A stretch of DNA of 64,000 nt from NCBI RefSeq assembly GCF_006345805.1, contig NC_043019.1, positions 31,185,360 through 31,249,359 on the forward strand. Reading direction: 5' to 3'. Shown here piece after piece: positions 50,971 to 63,769 of this stretch. A program made the position numbers and the translations under genes. Under the pieces are notes generated by a model. It ran no database searches. It saw only the letters and a list, made by a program, of their open reading frames with translations, and was not told where the DNA came from. The number at the start of each line of letters is the position of its first letter. The first letter of the stretch is position 1. The DNA is from Octopus sinensis (taxonomy: Eukaryota).

Positions 50971-51404
50971 CGGTGGGACAACTATGATGATAGCAATGGT
51001 GATGGTGATAACAATAACAGTAGCAACGATGATGACAATGGTGATGATGGTTGTAACGATGATGGTGGCAACAAGGATGACTGCGATGGCGATGGTGATG
51101 GCAATGGCGTGATGATGATGATGATTCTGGAGGTGACTGTATTGGTCTAATGGATTTTAAGGTTATGAGTTTCATTCTCCAACTGTGCAGCATGGTGTGT
51201 TCTTTCTTGTATGAAGCATTTCGTTTCATGTGAATTTAGTCAACTCATTATCATCATCATCATCATCATTGTCACTTCCATCATCATCATCGTCGTCGTT
51301 GTTGTCATCATCATTGTCATCTTCGTCATCATTATCATCATTATATTCATCATCATTATCATCATCATTGTCATCATTATCATCATTATATTCATCATCA
51401 TCAT

Positions 51405-51675
51405 AAGGGTTGGTTTCCCAGTTTCATTAGTATATAGGCTGCCCCACCTGGATGGGACACTGGTCCATTGCAGGTGAGCTGTTAGATGCAGGAGGAAAGA
51501 GTGAGAGAAAGTAGTAGTGAAAAATTCAGCAGAGGTTCGCCATTACCTTCTGCCAGAGGTGCGTGGAGCTTAGGTGTTTCACTCATAAACACACACACTG
51601 CCCGGTCTGAGATTCAAACCCATGATCACTTGACCACTAGTCCGCTGCTTTGACCACTAGGCCATGTGCCTCCAC
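51405..51675 (-). mobile_element. SINE family C head with V-domain-like tail
   Basis: Related to 4500-4790. Confidence 0.65.
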
Positions 51676-52207
51676 CCCCACCTATGCTTGGTCATGTAAA
51701 TTTCATTGTAACCCAACTCTGTAAGATTTAGTTAGTTCCACATACAATTTTCTGCCACTAAGGTGTTCATACACCCCTGTATGATGACTGAGCTGCTGAC
51801 TTATACCAGCATCCTATATTCAGCATGTATGATGCTGAATATAAAGAAGTGATGCCACTGAATACGCTGTGCTGCAGCCTGATGCGAAAGGAATGCCAGG
51901 ACACTTCCAAAATCTTGTTCAAATATGTGGAGCTAAATATAAAGAAAATAATTGATTTCAGTTTTCTTAGCAACAATGCCATGTGACCTGAGTTAACCAA
52001 CAGAGGGCGAAGTACTCAGAAGCTATCTTAAATTTCTTTCAATCCTTCTATTCTGCTTCTTTAAATCTGATGAAGTGAATGTGACCGGTTCCTGTGCAGC
52101 CAGGAAACTTTAAGTCATGTGGGGTTGAATCAAAATATCATTAAATACATAAATACATTTAACTCCAGCCAAAGATGTTGAGTGCTTTCCTGCCTATATA
52201 TATATAC

Positions 52208-52259
<52 letters not shown>

Positions 52260-52274
52260 ATATATATATATATA

Positions 52275-52506
52275 TCATCATCATCATCATCGTTTAACAC
52301 CGTTTTCCATGCTAGCATAAGTTGGACGGTTCGACTGGGGTCTGGAAGACAGAAGGCTGCACCAGGCTCCAGTCTGATCCAGCTGTAGAAACGCTGCAAG
52401 ATCAGACTGGAGCCTGGTGCAGCCTTCTGTCTTCCCAGACCCCAGTTGAACCGTCCAACCCATGCTAGCATGGAAAACGGACGTTAAACGATGATGATGA
52501 TGATGA

Positions 52507-52510
<4 letters not shown>
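52275..52510. mobile_element. Inverted pair of RTE 3' ends forming a hairpin
   Basis: 52275-52379 is the near-exact reverse complement of 52400-52510, with a 20-nt loop. Confidence 0.9.
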
Positions 52511-52553
<43 letters not shown>

Positions 52554-52917
52554 TATATTAAATTAGAGATAAAACCACTATTAGGCAAATCATACAATGA
52601 AAAACTTAAGCCAATACATAAGATTATTTAATTTATATTATTTAAATATATAACAAAATTATTAAAAAAATATAATTAATATAACACTACAATCGTTTCA
52701 TGGCTGTTAATTTCTTTAAATTTTCGAGTTACAGTCATTCATCAGGTGGTTTAAATTAAATAATCTTATGTATTGGCTTAAGTTTTTCATTGTATGATTT
52801 GCCTAATAGTGGTTTTATCTCTAATTTAATATAATATAATATTTTACTATAAAATTGGATTCAATCCTAAATCTGATTTTTCCCTGTAAGTTTGGATTTA
52901 TTCCCTAATATTTATTA

Positions 52918-52925
<8 letters not shown>
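52554..52925 (-). mobile_element. Penelope-like terminal-repeat remnant with an inverted duplication
   Basis: Perfect 82-bp inverted repeat (52554-52635 and 52752-52833) enclosing a hammerhead motif; flanked by (TA)n. Confidence 0.65.
52683..52750 (-). ncRNA. Minimal type I hammerhead ribozyme motif
   Basis: The minus strand reads ac-cac CUGAUGA augacugu[loop]acagccau GAAA c-gauu-g UA gug-uu. All core nucleotides are present; stem II has 7 of 8 pairs; the predicted cleavage follows GUA. Confidence 0.7.
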
Positions 52926-52957
<32 letters not shown>

Positions 52958-53059
52958 GTTGGCACCATGTAAAAAGCAACTGTACCAGTGCTGTGTTTGG
53001 GTACTCTCTTTAAAGTGGTTGGCTCCAGGAAGGGCATCCAGCAGTAGAACCCAGGCAGC

Positions 53060-53790
53060 TCTTCTGTCCCTCTGCTTCTACTTCTCTTTCTTCTCTTCCG
53101 ATGTGACCGATCGGCCAGACTGCTCGCTCTTTCTTTCTGGGTCTGACCATGGTCCGTGTAATATCAATATTCTTCCCTGTGTTTGTGAAATTTTTGTATC
53201 ACTGCCATAAGGCTTCATTTCCACACATGCCAGCTTAATTCAATTTGTCCTTAGTCGAAAGACACCTGTTGTTATGTCCTGTTATTATTTTTATTGTATT
53301 TTTATTGTATTTATATTTATGTAACATTGCACGTTTTTTCCATCCTTGTTTTTGTATACATTCGATGCTTTCTTCCAAGGAATCTAATGCTCTTAGCTTA
53401 ATATCTCCTTGGGGCTGGCCATATTAGAACAATCTCAAGAATAATCAACCAAAATTGTGAAGATAATCTGGTTCTTGACTGAAGATAAAAAACTTTGAAT
53501 GACCCGCCCTTGTTTTCTTTGTATCATCTATCTGGATGTTTTGTGTTCTTGTCCCATTTTGTGTTTTATATATATGTGACCGAGTGTGTACCGTTGGCGA
53601 TTTTTTTTCCTCCGTCTTCCCTTCTTTGGATCTTTCCTTTTCCTATGTTTCTGATGAAGAGCTCCGCTCAAACGTTAAACCCTCCTTCTTTCCTTCTTTC
53701 CTGAGCGTCCAATAATACTGAACTTGTTCCACGTCCTCGCATTGTTGTGTTTTCTCTTTGTGTTTTCATGTTTGGATTAACTATATATAT
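53060..53790 (+). mobile_element. Penelope-like remnant; its 3' 210 bp is homologous to 31525-31732
   Basis: Contains ttt-ctgatga-a-gagc-tcc-gctc-aaa-cg-tt-aaa (53648-53679) and ends at (TA)n. Confidence 0.55.
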
Positions 53791-53984
53791 ATAGCAGCGT
53801 ATGTACACTTTGTTCTCTTATATGTAAGAATACATATATATGTATATATGTATATATGTATATATACATATATATGTATATATGTATATATAGATATATA
53901 TATATTTATATATACATATACATGTATATGTATATATATATGTATATATATTCATATATATATATTTATACACATACATATATA

Positions 53985-54027
<43 letters not shown>

Positions 54028-54091
54028 ATATATGTATGCATGTATATAATGGATTCTCTTATGTATGTATACACTTGTATATATATAGATA

Positions 54092-54307
54092 CATTGCTCC
54101 AGTCCACTCAGCTGGCAAAAATGAGTTGTACTTGTATTTCAAAGGGTCAGCCTTGTCACTCTCTGTGTCACGCTCATTATCCCCGAGAACTACGTTAAGG
54201 GTACACGTGTCTGTGGAATGCTCAGCCATTTGCACGTTAATTTCACGAGCAAGCTGTTCCGTTGATCGTATCAGCTGGGACCCTCGTCGTCGTAACCGGC
54301 GGAGTCT
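54092..54307 (+). mobile_element. SINE body/3' part, related to 4810-4960
   Basis: Shared gagttgtacttgta.ttcaaaggg...ccccgagaac...gtctgtgga.tgctcagcc. Confidence 0.6.
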
Positions 54308-54396
54308 TTTAAATATAGATACATTATATATTATGTATTTACATACATAAATACATACATAATATAAATATAATTATATATATATACACGTACATA

Positions 54397-54457
<61 letters not shown>

Positions 54458-54635
54458 ACACACATACACATATATAATCATGACACCCATTTGCTCTATT
54501 CTTGGTAATCTACTTACATATTATTACCGTTGCCTTTAAAGTGAAGTCAGCTTGATACACAACGCTAGCTATATTTATTTAGCATTAACATCTATAACTT
54601 TGTAATGGTATATTTGTAACATTTCAGGTTTTACT

Positions 54636-54682
<47 letters not shown>

Positions 54683-55076
54683 CAGTCTAGTGTCATCTAT
54701 TTCTTTTCATGTTGCAATTTATTCCCAAAGCTACTTTTATCTCCGAGATAAGCCATGTTACATGCACATGTGATCTCGATCTGCAAAACCTCATTGCCAT
54801 TCAATAAACATTAGTTTAATTAGTAAATTATACTCCGGTAATGTTGTTAGATCACTGAAGATAGTAAATATATTTCTAGGAGCAATGACGCTTCGATAAA
54901 AAATAGAAGCATGTTTTAATAGATACCATGTTTTGGTGGGTTTTTGAAATGAGTGACAATGTCTTTGAATCCCAAATGGTTTTTGAGGTCATCAACCAGT
55001 AAATATTTCTATCTTTAAGTTGCGGTGTGCTAAAGATAGGAACTATTGAACGTCAGTAATTGTTTAGTAAAAAATA

Positions 55077-55628
55077 TTGGGTTGTCTGGAAAGTTTGTGC
55101 CGATTTATGGCAGCTTACCTTTCGACTTATTTTAGAACATGGTTGAGTCCATAAAATAGGATTTGACTTACACCTCCATTTAGAGCATAGTTTAAGCTAG
55201 CTTTTCATGGAAGAAGGTTTATGTTCCTATAACCTGTGTTAATTCTGTAACCCTTTAAAATGGAAGATAAGAAAGTTCATTTTCGGCACTTAATGCTTTG
55301 GGAACCAGACTAAAATTGCTGCAGCTAGGCTAGGGTGTGTTACCCCAACCTCCATATTCCCCAGATTTCCACTTATTCAGGTCTCTGCAAAATAGTCTTA
55401 ATGGTAAAAATTTCAGTTCTTTGGATGATGTAAAAAGATATCTTGATGAATTTTTTGCCATGAAACCAGCTCAATTCTGGGAAGAAGGTATTTTCAAGTT
55501 AAAGGAAAGATGAAGACACATTGTGCAACAAAATGGTTCATATTTGGTTGATTAAAAATGTTATGGCAAGTATTTATTGACCTTTTTCTTTCGTTTAAAA
55601 ATTGGCACAAACTTTCTGGACAACCCAA
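55077..55628 (+). mobile_element. Internally deleted mariner, 552 bp
   Basis: TA TSDs at 55075-55076 and 55629-55630 with 30-bp TIRs (3 mismatches). MEDKKVHFRHLMLWE is fused to the C-terminal LPQPPYSPD/FHLFRSLQNSLNGKNF...NGSYLVD*. Confidence 0.92.
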
Positions 55629-55825
55629 TAGAAGTCTGTTGCGATAGCTAGTAAATATAGGATATCATTTCTTTAAATGTTTTGTCGTAGTCGTGGACTA
55701 GTTCCCACGAGGGTTATATTTTAGGGGGGGAGGGATTGGAATGAGAATAAGATTGATTTGTTTCGTTCGTTGTTTAACAGCTCATCTGGATTATTTTTTT
55801 AATTTCTTTTATTGATATTTCGGCC

Positions 55826-55925
55826 NNNNNNNNNNNNNNNNNNNNNNNNNNNNNNNNNNNNNNNNNNNNNNNNNNNNNNNNNNNNNNNNNNNNNNNNNNN
55901 NNNNNNNNNNNNNNNNNNNNNNNNN
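55826..55925. other. Assembly gap (100 N)
   Basis: A run of exactly 100 N. Confidence 0.99.
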
Positions 55926-55972
55926 ATGAGGTTGTAAATGTAAAGTGACCTTCTTAACCACCCAACCATCCC

Positions 55973-56388
55973 TTATTTCTTTATTGCCCACAGGGGGCTA
56001 AACATAGAGGGGACAAACATGGACAGACAAAGGGATTAAGTCGATTACATCGACCCCCATTGCGTAAATGTTACTTAATTTATTGCCCAAAAGGATGAAG
56101 GGCAAAGTCAACCTCGGCAGAATTTGAACTCAGAACGTAATGGCAAACGAAATACCTATTTCTTTACTACCCACAAGGGGCTAAACACAGAGAGGACAAA
56201 CAAGGACAGACAAACGGATTAAGTCGATTACATCGACCCCAGTGCGTAACTGGTACTTAATTTATCGACCCCGAAAGGATGAAAGGCAAAGTCGACCTCG
56301 GCGGAATTCGAACTCAGAACGTAACGGCAGACGAAATACTGCTAAGCATTTCACCCGGCGTGCTAACGTTTCTGCCAGTTTGCCGCCT
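55973..56388 (-). mobile_element. Two tandem SINE family A copies (one 5'-truncated, one full)
   Basis: tatttcttta.t.cccaca.ggggctaaaca is repeated at about 55974 and about 56157. Confidence 0.88.
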
Positions 56389-56645
56389 TTCCACCCAACC
56401 ATTCCTGCTCCAATGCTCACATCAATTTTTGGAGGAGCTTTTCTAACCATCTTCATTCTAATATTATGTCAGCTTCTTTAAGATGGTGATGGGCTGGCAG
56501 AATTTTTGTAGGCTGAGCAAAATACTCACTGGCATTTCATCTGTCTTTACATTCTGAGTTCAAATTCTGCTGAGGTCGGCTTTGCCTTTATCCCTTTGGA
56601 GTCGATAAAATAAGAGTTCATACGATTATGTAAAAAAAAAGAACA

Positions 56646-57048
56646 GGCGCAGGAGTGGCTGTGTGGTAAGTAGCTTGCTTACCAACCACATGGTTCCGGG
56701 TTCAGTCCCACTGCGTGGCACCTTGGGCAAGTGTCTTCTACTATAGCCTCGGGCCGACCAATGCATTGGGAGTGGATTTGGTAGACGGAAACTGAAAGAA
56801 GCCTGTCGTATATATGTATATATATATATATATGTATGTGTGTGTATATATTTGTGTGTTTGTCCCCCTAGCATTGCTTGACAACCGATGCTGGTGTGTT
56901 TACGTCCCCGTCACTTAGCGGTTCGGCAAAAGAGACCGATAGAATAAGTACTGGGCTTACAAAGAATAAGTCCCGGGGTCGATTTGTTTGACTAAAGGCG
57001 GTGCTCCAGCATGGCCACAGTCAAATGACTGAAACAAGTAAAAGAGAG
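56646..57048 (+). mobile_element. SINE family B, full length and close to consensus
   Basis: ggcgcaggagtggctgtgtggtaag (A box), gggttcagtccc (B box), ggcaccttgggcaagt core, internal microsatellite, and an aagtaaaagag tail. Confidence 0.92.
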
Positions 57049-57529
57049 AGATTATTTTGTGGTATGATTCAAGGGTTATTTAGCTGCTGTTATTAGCACA
57101 ACCCACAACCACCTGATACCTTCCTCATTTCATTGTCACTCCAACACGTATTGATGTTTTTCAATATTTTTCTTCCCATAAACACATTTAATGGAATGAT
57201 GATGCACCCAAGGGTAGCCATGTTTTAAACTCTAATTTAAACAAAAAAAATTGAGTGAAACTTTTAGGATTTATGGGAGGATGGAGGAAGGTTTCTTAGA
57301 AAAAATTTTTGAAATTTGTTTTTTTCATAATTGTATGAACTCCTGTATGCAGAACATGAATTCACAAAAAGTGTCTGAAAATTCCCCCAAAATTCAAAAT
57401 TTTGAAGGGCTATTTGGGGTGATTAAACCAAAATTCCACCTATTGGAGGACATCAGTTGGGTGAGGGCTTCTTGATTCACCTTAGCTGCTGGTTCTGCTA
57501 CATCAAGAGGGCTGCATCATAGATGTGTT

Positions 57530-57754
57530 GAGCTGGCAGAAATGTTAGCACACCGGGCGAAATGTGTAACTGTATTTCGTCTGCCGTTACGTTCTGAGTT
57601 CAAATTCCGCCGAGGTCGACTTTGCCTTTCATCCTTTCTGGGTTGATTAAATAAGTACCAGTTACGCACTGGGGTCGATGTAATCGACTTAATCTGTTTG
57701 TCTGTCCTAGTTTGTCCTCTCTGTGTTTAGCCCCTTGTGGGTAGTAAAGAAATA
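57530..57754 (+). mobile_element. SINE family A, full length
   Basis: Matches 45882-46104. Confidence 0.9.
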
Positions 57755-57908
57755 TATATAATGTGTATATTTTTATTGCACTATATCCCCTCCTCTCCCT
57801 TTCTTCCTCTCAGCTGTAGTCTGTCCAAACAAATTGTAGACTGTCCGTGTGATGTCCTCCTCGTCTGATGTACCTGTAGCAAATAAAAGAAATCATCATT
57901 ATTGTCAC

Positions 57909-57939
<31 letters not shown>

Positions 57940-57979
57940 GTTGTTGTTGTTGTTGTTGTTGTTGTTATTATCATCATCA

Positions 57980-58229
<250 letters not shown>

Positions 58230-58543
58230 TATTATTATTATTATCATTATTATTATTAGTAATATAATTATTATCATTATTATTATTATTATAGTTGTTG
58301 TTATTGTTTTACTTATCAGAGCACTTGATCTTGTTTTCTCAAGTAGATTCCGAGAGAGTGGACAGCCACCTGCTGCCAGAGATCTCACAGGGTCTCATAC
58401 TGCACATTATAAGCTTCGATAATTGGTTGCTAATTATCATGGGAGACATTCAACATCCAAGTACCAATCTCAAAATCCTAGCTGTTCCCAGCAGAACAGT
58501 TTTCGTGGATTGCTCTGTTCTTATTATCATGATTATTATTATT

Positions 58544-58941
58544 ACTCTTTTACTCTTTTACTCTTTTACTTGTTTCAGACATTTGACTGCGGCCATGCTG
58601 GAGCACCGCCTTTAGTCGACCAAATCGACTCCGGGACTTATTCTTTGTAAGCCCAGTACTTATTCTATTGGTCTCTTTTTCCGAACAGCTAAGTGACGGG
58701 GACGTAAACACACCAGCATCGGTTGTCAAGCAATGCTAGGGGGACAAACACACAAACACATACACACACATATATATATATACATATATACGACAGGCTT
58801 CTTTCAGTTTCTGTCTACCAAATCCACTCACAAGGCATTGGTCGGCCCGAGGCTATAGCAGAAGACACTTGCCCAAGATGCCACACAGTGGGACTGAACC
58901 CGGAACCATGTGGTTGGTTAGCAAGCTACTTACCACACAGC

Positions 58942-58942
<1 letters not shown>
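58544..58942 (-). mobile_element. SINE family B, near full length
   Basis: Reverse complement of 56646-57048, with a (taaaagag)n tail. Confidence 0.9.
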
Positions 58943-58992
<50 letters not shown>

Positions 58993-59024
58993 TATTATTA
59001 TTGTTGTTGTTGTTGTTCTTGTTA

Positions 59025-59222
59025 AGGCAGTGAGCTGGCAGAACCATTAGCATGCTGGACAAATGCTTAGCAGTATTTAGCCCATCACTATGTTCTGAGT
59101 TCAAATTCCGCCAAGGTCAACTTTGCCTTTCATCATTTGGGGTCAATAAACTAAGTACCAGTAATTGACTAGTCCTCTCCCCACCAAATTTGAGGCCTTG
59201 TGCATCCAGTTGAAAGGATTAT
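59025..59222 (+). mobile_element. SINE family A ((ATT)n-tailed)
   Basis: ttaaggcagtgagctggcag...gaaaggattattatt. Confidence 0.82.
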
Positions 59223-59227
59223 TATTA

Positions 59228-59258
<31 letters not shown>

Positions 59259-59286
59259 ATTATTATTATTATTATTATTATTATTT

Positions 59287-59371
59287 AGTGAGAGGAGTGC
59301 AAGCCATCAAAGTGACACTGGGGTACAAATACAAAAAAGTCAAAATACTCATCATGACTACCCATCTGATA
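59287..59371 (-). mobile_element. Short (AAT)n-tailed retroposon fragment
   Basis: Reverse-complement homolog of 35035-35123. Confidence 0.55.
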
Positions 59372-59402
59372 TTCTTCTTCTTCTTCTTCTTCTTCTTCTC
59401 TT

Positions 59403-59433
<31 letters not shown>

Positions 59434-59447
59434 TTATTATTATTATT

Positions 59448-59680
59448 AAGGCGGCCAACCAGTAGAATCGTTAGCATGCTGGATAAAATGCTTAGCGGTA
59501 TATTGTCTGCTGTTATGTTGTTCTGAGTTCAAATTCCGCTGAGATCAACTTTGCCTTTCATCCTTTGGGAGGGGGCGGGGGAGTCGATAAATTAAGTACC
59601 CGTGAAACACGGGGGTCGATGTAATCGACATACTCCCCCACCCACAACATTTCAGGCTTTGTGCCTATAGCAGAAAGGAT
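59448..59680 (+). mobile_element. SINE family A
   Basis: (att)n-aaggcggcc...gcagaaaggatcatc. Confidence 0.82.
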
Positions 59681-59684
59681 CATC

Positions 59685-59716
<32 letters not shown>

Positions 59717-59955
59717 TATCATCATCATTATCATCATGACTGTGGAAAGCAAAAGCTGAATGAGTGTCAGACTAAATGTCTGAGATTATTTAACTTACAC
59801 TCTTTTACATTCTGAATCCAAAATCCTTCCTTCCTATAGAAGGAACCGATTGTTAATAAAAGAGAGTTCCAATCAAGTGCTACAGTTCCATTAAAACAAA
59901 GTTTCCCCCCTCCTCTCCCCTCCTGTAAAAATGTGTGACCTCGTACCTATTTAAA

Positions 59956-60001
<46 letters not shown>

Positions 60002-60098
60002 GGTGTGGTAGTAGTTCCTGTTACCTCTTGTTATTCAGTGATTGCATGTGATTAAATGTTTTACACCTTCATAAATAGATACCACACATATACTGTTC

Positions 60099-60129
<31 letters not shown>

Positions 60130-60130
60130 C

Positions 60131-60195
<65 letters not shown>

Positions 60196-62599
60196 TAATT
60201 TTTTACTAGTTTTATTTTGTCCTTTGGTCTTCTCTCTTTGTGCTGTATGGGCATTTAATGTGGTTTTAGAGTTAGGTCTTGGCTGCTATTTTCAGCATGG
60301 CGGTATCTCTTAGACACCCTAAATTATAATTTTGATAATAATTATCACCTTTGAAGGTTTTTATTTCCATGCTGGCCACTTGATAAGATCGGTATTTAAT
60401 TTAAATTAGCGATCTTGTCCTCATGTATATATATATATATATGTATAATAAATATTAGGGAATAAATGCAAACTTACATATATACACACACACACACACA
60501 TACACATATACTTCTGCTTGTAAGATATTACACGATACTTCTTCATTGATAATTAAACTTGTGCTAATGTCAAGTCATTGTCTGAAATTCTAAAGATAGA
60601 ATAATGTTACTCTAGTATTCGATGTTAAATATTAGTACTGTTTACTGTTGCTTGACACCAGGTCACAAGTTCTGTGTGATCGTACAGATCTATGATCAAA
60701 GGTGTTCCAACCATGGCCATCCATATTTGTTTTAAGATAATAGTGTATCCAGGCCACCCATGCTTCTCACCCACCTTCTTAAGGCAGTAAAATGTTATGT
60801 GAATGGAGATGTAGTTGCTATTTCTAGCAGATCAATTTGTCACCTAGTAGCCACCACCTCTTTCACATGTCTTCTGCTTAATTTCAAATTTCAATATTAG
60901 TTCTGCTATATATGTGTGTGTATGTGTGTGTGTGTGTGTGTGTTTGTGTATACACATACATATATATTTGTATGTGTGTGTATATATATATATATATATA
61001 TACATGTATATATACATATATATATACACACATATATATACACACATACATATATATATAGACACACACAGATACATATATACACACAAACACACATATA
61101 TATGTACATACTCACACATACACACACATATATATATACACACATTATACTCAATTGTGTACATGAATATACATATGCATGTGTGTGTATGTGTGTGTGT
61201 GTGTAATATATACACATATACATATACCTGTATATGAACACAATAACTAAGATATTAAGATAAAACAAAAATAAAGAGGTTTCTAGATACAGCAGTGCTA
61301 GAACAAAGCAAACTGTTTTGATATCAACCCACCTGAGTCCACCTCTAGTTCTATGATACAAAATTGCCTGTTTTAAAATGTTGATATTTAAATTACCCTG
61401 TTAGTCATGATTTCATGTAAGAACTTTTCCCAATATCCTGTTTCTTGTACCGGTTCAATAATAATATAAAGTTTTGTTATCTTACTAAATTCTTCCAAAT
61501 TCTTGGTAATTATCAATATTAATTCAAACACAAAGATACTGTATTCCATATATAGCTCTGAAAGTGTGCAAAATTGCTTCATCTTATACCGATAAGGTAT
61601 GTAATACACCTTATTATATGATATATATTGATATATTAGGTATGTTACACCTTAAGCTAAAAAGGTATATTTTTCAGGTATGCTATGTGTGTGGAGTTCT
61701 GACAATCTTTGGATGTTCATTATTTAAAGCTTTATCAAGAACTCGTATCCAATTAACAATGATTATGAATACCAACTAATTTATAATAAGCTTGGAGCAT
61801 AGATTTTTCTGAGAGAATCTAAGAAATTAATCTTGGAATGGAACATTAAGATATATGAATTAGTAGAGGTGCCGCTGTGATTGTTTACATTCAGGTTTAT
61901 TTCTTTAATATTTTTTTGAAATTAAAAGTTAAAATTTTGCTTTTAAAGCAACTTTAATTTGTTAGCTATTTAAACAAATGAAATTCATGTTAATTGTTAA
62001 CATTAATTGAAACGCAAAGATACTGTATTCCAAAGAAATATAGCTCTGAAAGTGTACAAAAATGCTTTACCTTATATTGATAAGGCATGCTATAAATTAA
62101 TAACTAAATGAAAATATAATACTTTTGCAACTAACAAAACCAATTCTAAGTAGATTTACATAGCAAATAACACCAAACTACACAAGTGGTGTCTGCAGAC
62201 GATGGCAGAGTGAGTACATGCTTGGAAATATCACTGATAGTTGGGTGTCAAAATAATATTATAAACGTTCTGCTGTTCACACCAATAAATCTCAAAATAC
62301 ATTGCTGCCGGGTGCTAAGTGGCAGTCGAGTAAGTCTGCTTACAAATTTTGGTAGAAGCAACACCTGAAGAAAAATAGATTTGGCAAGAACGAATCATGA
62401 ACTGATTGATGGAAATGATTTTATCAATGACTTATCGATGCAATTTAGTATTCGGTCAATTCTTTGACACGCACAAATTGAAGAATAAAGTGAAACAACA
62501 GGTTAATATTTTGGCAATAAAGTAAACAACATTCATTGCAGATATATATGTGTGAATATAAATGCATGTGTGTGCATATATATGTGTGTATGTTTATAC

Positions 62600-62630
<31 letters not shown>

Positions 62631-62773
62631 CATGCATATATGTATGTATATAGATAGATCGATAAATGTGTATATATATATATGTGTGTTTATGTATATT
62701 TATACATGCATGATTATATGTATATATATATGTGTGTGTGTGTTTGGTGTGTTCATATATATATATATACATG

Positions 62774-62808
<35 letters not shown>

Positions 62809-63435
62809 CAATGAGGGACATAAACAACAGCAGCACCAACAACAACTGAAATCGCAGAAATGGTAGGGATTTAAATACAGGACCGAAATGTATGTAGCGC
62901 TTGCTAAATGGTGCAAGAAATGTATGGCATACGATCTCCTTAAAATTAAATTATCCAGAGTAATCGCAGAAAACGTTAAGAAAATGTCTAGCCGAAGGTA
63001 TTCCTATCTTTGCCTTTTTTTTTTCAATTTTTTTCGTACATCAATTCTGAAACCATTTAGTGATATTTCATGTAAATGGTGAGGAAAAACAAAAATTATG
63101 TATGCAATATATATGTATATATGTATATATATATAATGTGCACCTTTTCTCTCTGTTCCCCCAAATACCACGAAACATCACCGAATTTAAGAAATAAAAA
63201 TGTACCTGGTAGAATTTTTTGGAAGGGTTGTGCGCGCTTGAATAAGAAAAATCAATAAGACTTTGAAGCAGACTTAAACTGATGCTGTTGCATAGGATAT
63301 TCATTGAGAGGTATTGGAACAGAATCACTCTCTCCCTCTCCCTGTCACTCTCTCCCCTTTCCCTCTTTCTCTCTCCACCCTCCCTCTCTGTCTCATTCTC
63401 TCTCTCTCTCTCTCTCTTTGCTTGTATTGTTTCAG

Positions 63436-63690
63436 CTGCTACTACAGCATTATCTGTTGCTGCTGTCGCTTCCACAGATGCTGCTGCAACTATTTGCTCA
63501 CTGTTAGGCGAATGGATGACTGCAACTAGATGAGCTTTTACAAGTGACTCGATAATATTTACATAAATTATGCAAAACTCTCTCGGCACTGCCTGTTAAT
63601 TATTAATATAGCTGCTGTGTGCAAAACTTCAGTCTACTGGGTTTCTACTCTTCTGCTCCTCGTTTAACTGATGACCAATCTTAACGGATA
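63436..63690 (+). other. Probable 5'-UTR part of the otoferlin ATG exon
   Basis: The (CT)n tract plus ttgtttcag gives a strong acceptor at 63434-63435. The region is non-repetitive up to the ATG, and in-frame stops precede the ATG. Nearer AG acceptors cannot be excluded. Confidence 0.5.
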
Positions 63691-63769
63691 ATGGCTCTTA
63701 TACTGCATCTCAAAAGTGTTGACAATCTTAGATCAACCTGTAACCGTAAAGCTAAAGTTACTTTCAGAG
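63691..63769 (+). CDS. OTOF: Otoferlin-type ferlin, first coding exon (start of C2A); partial, and the gene continues beyond the window
   Basis: ATG...MALILHLKSVDNLRSTCNRKAKVTFR+G followed by GTAAG (phase 1). 17 of 27 residues are identical to the human otoferlin N-terminus [27 protein letters not shown] as recalled. Confidence 0.85.

Noticed and set aside
56646-56720. tRNA-like A/B-box sequences (many copies)
   Set aside because: They are SINE heads continuing into SINE bodies; no complete cloverleaf with a terminator was found, so no tRNA gene is called.
63068-63589. 173-aa minus-strand ORF with an Ala-rich segment
   Set aside because: It is antisense to the otoferlin leader and runs through a (GA)n microsatellite; the plus strand explains the splice signals.
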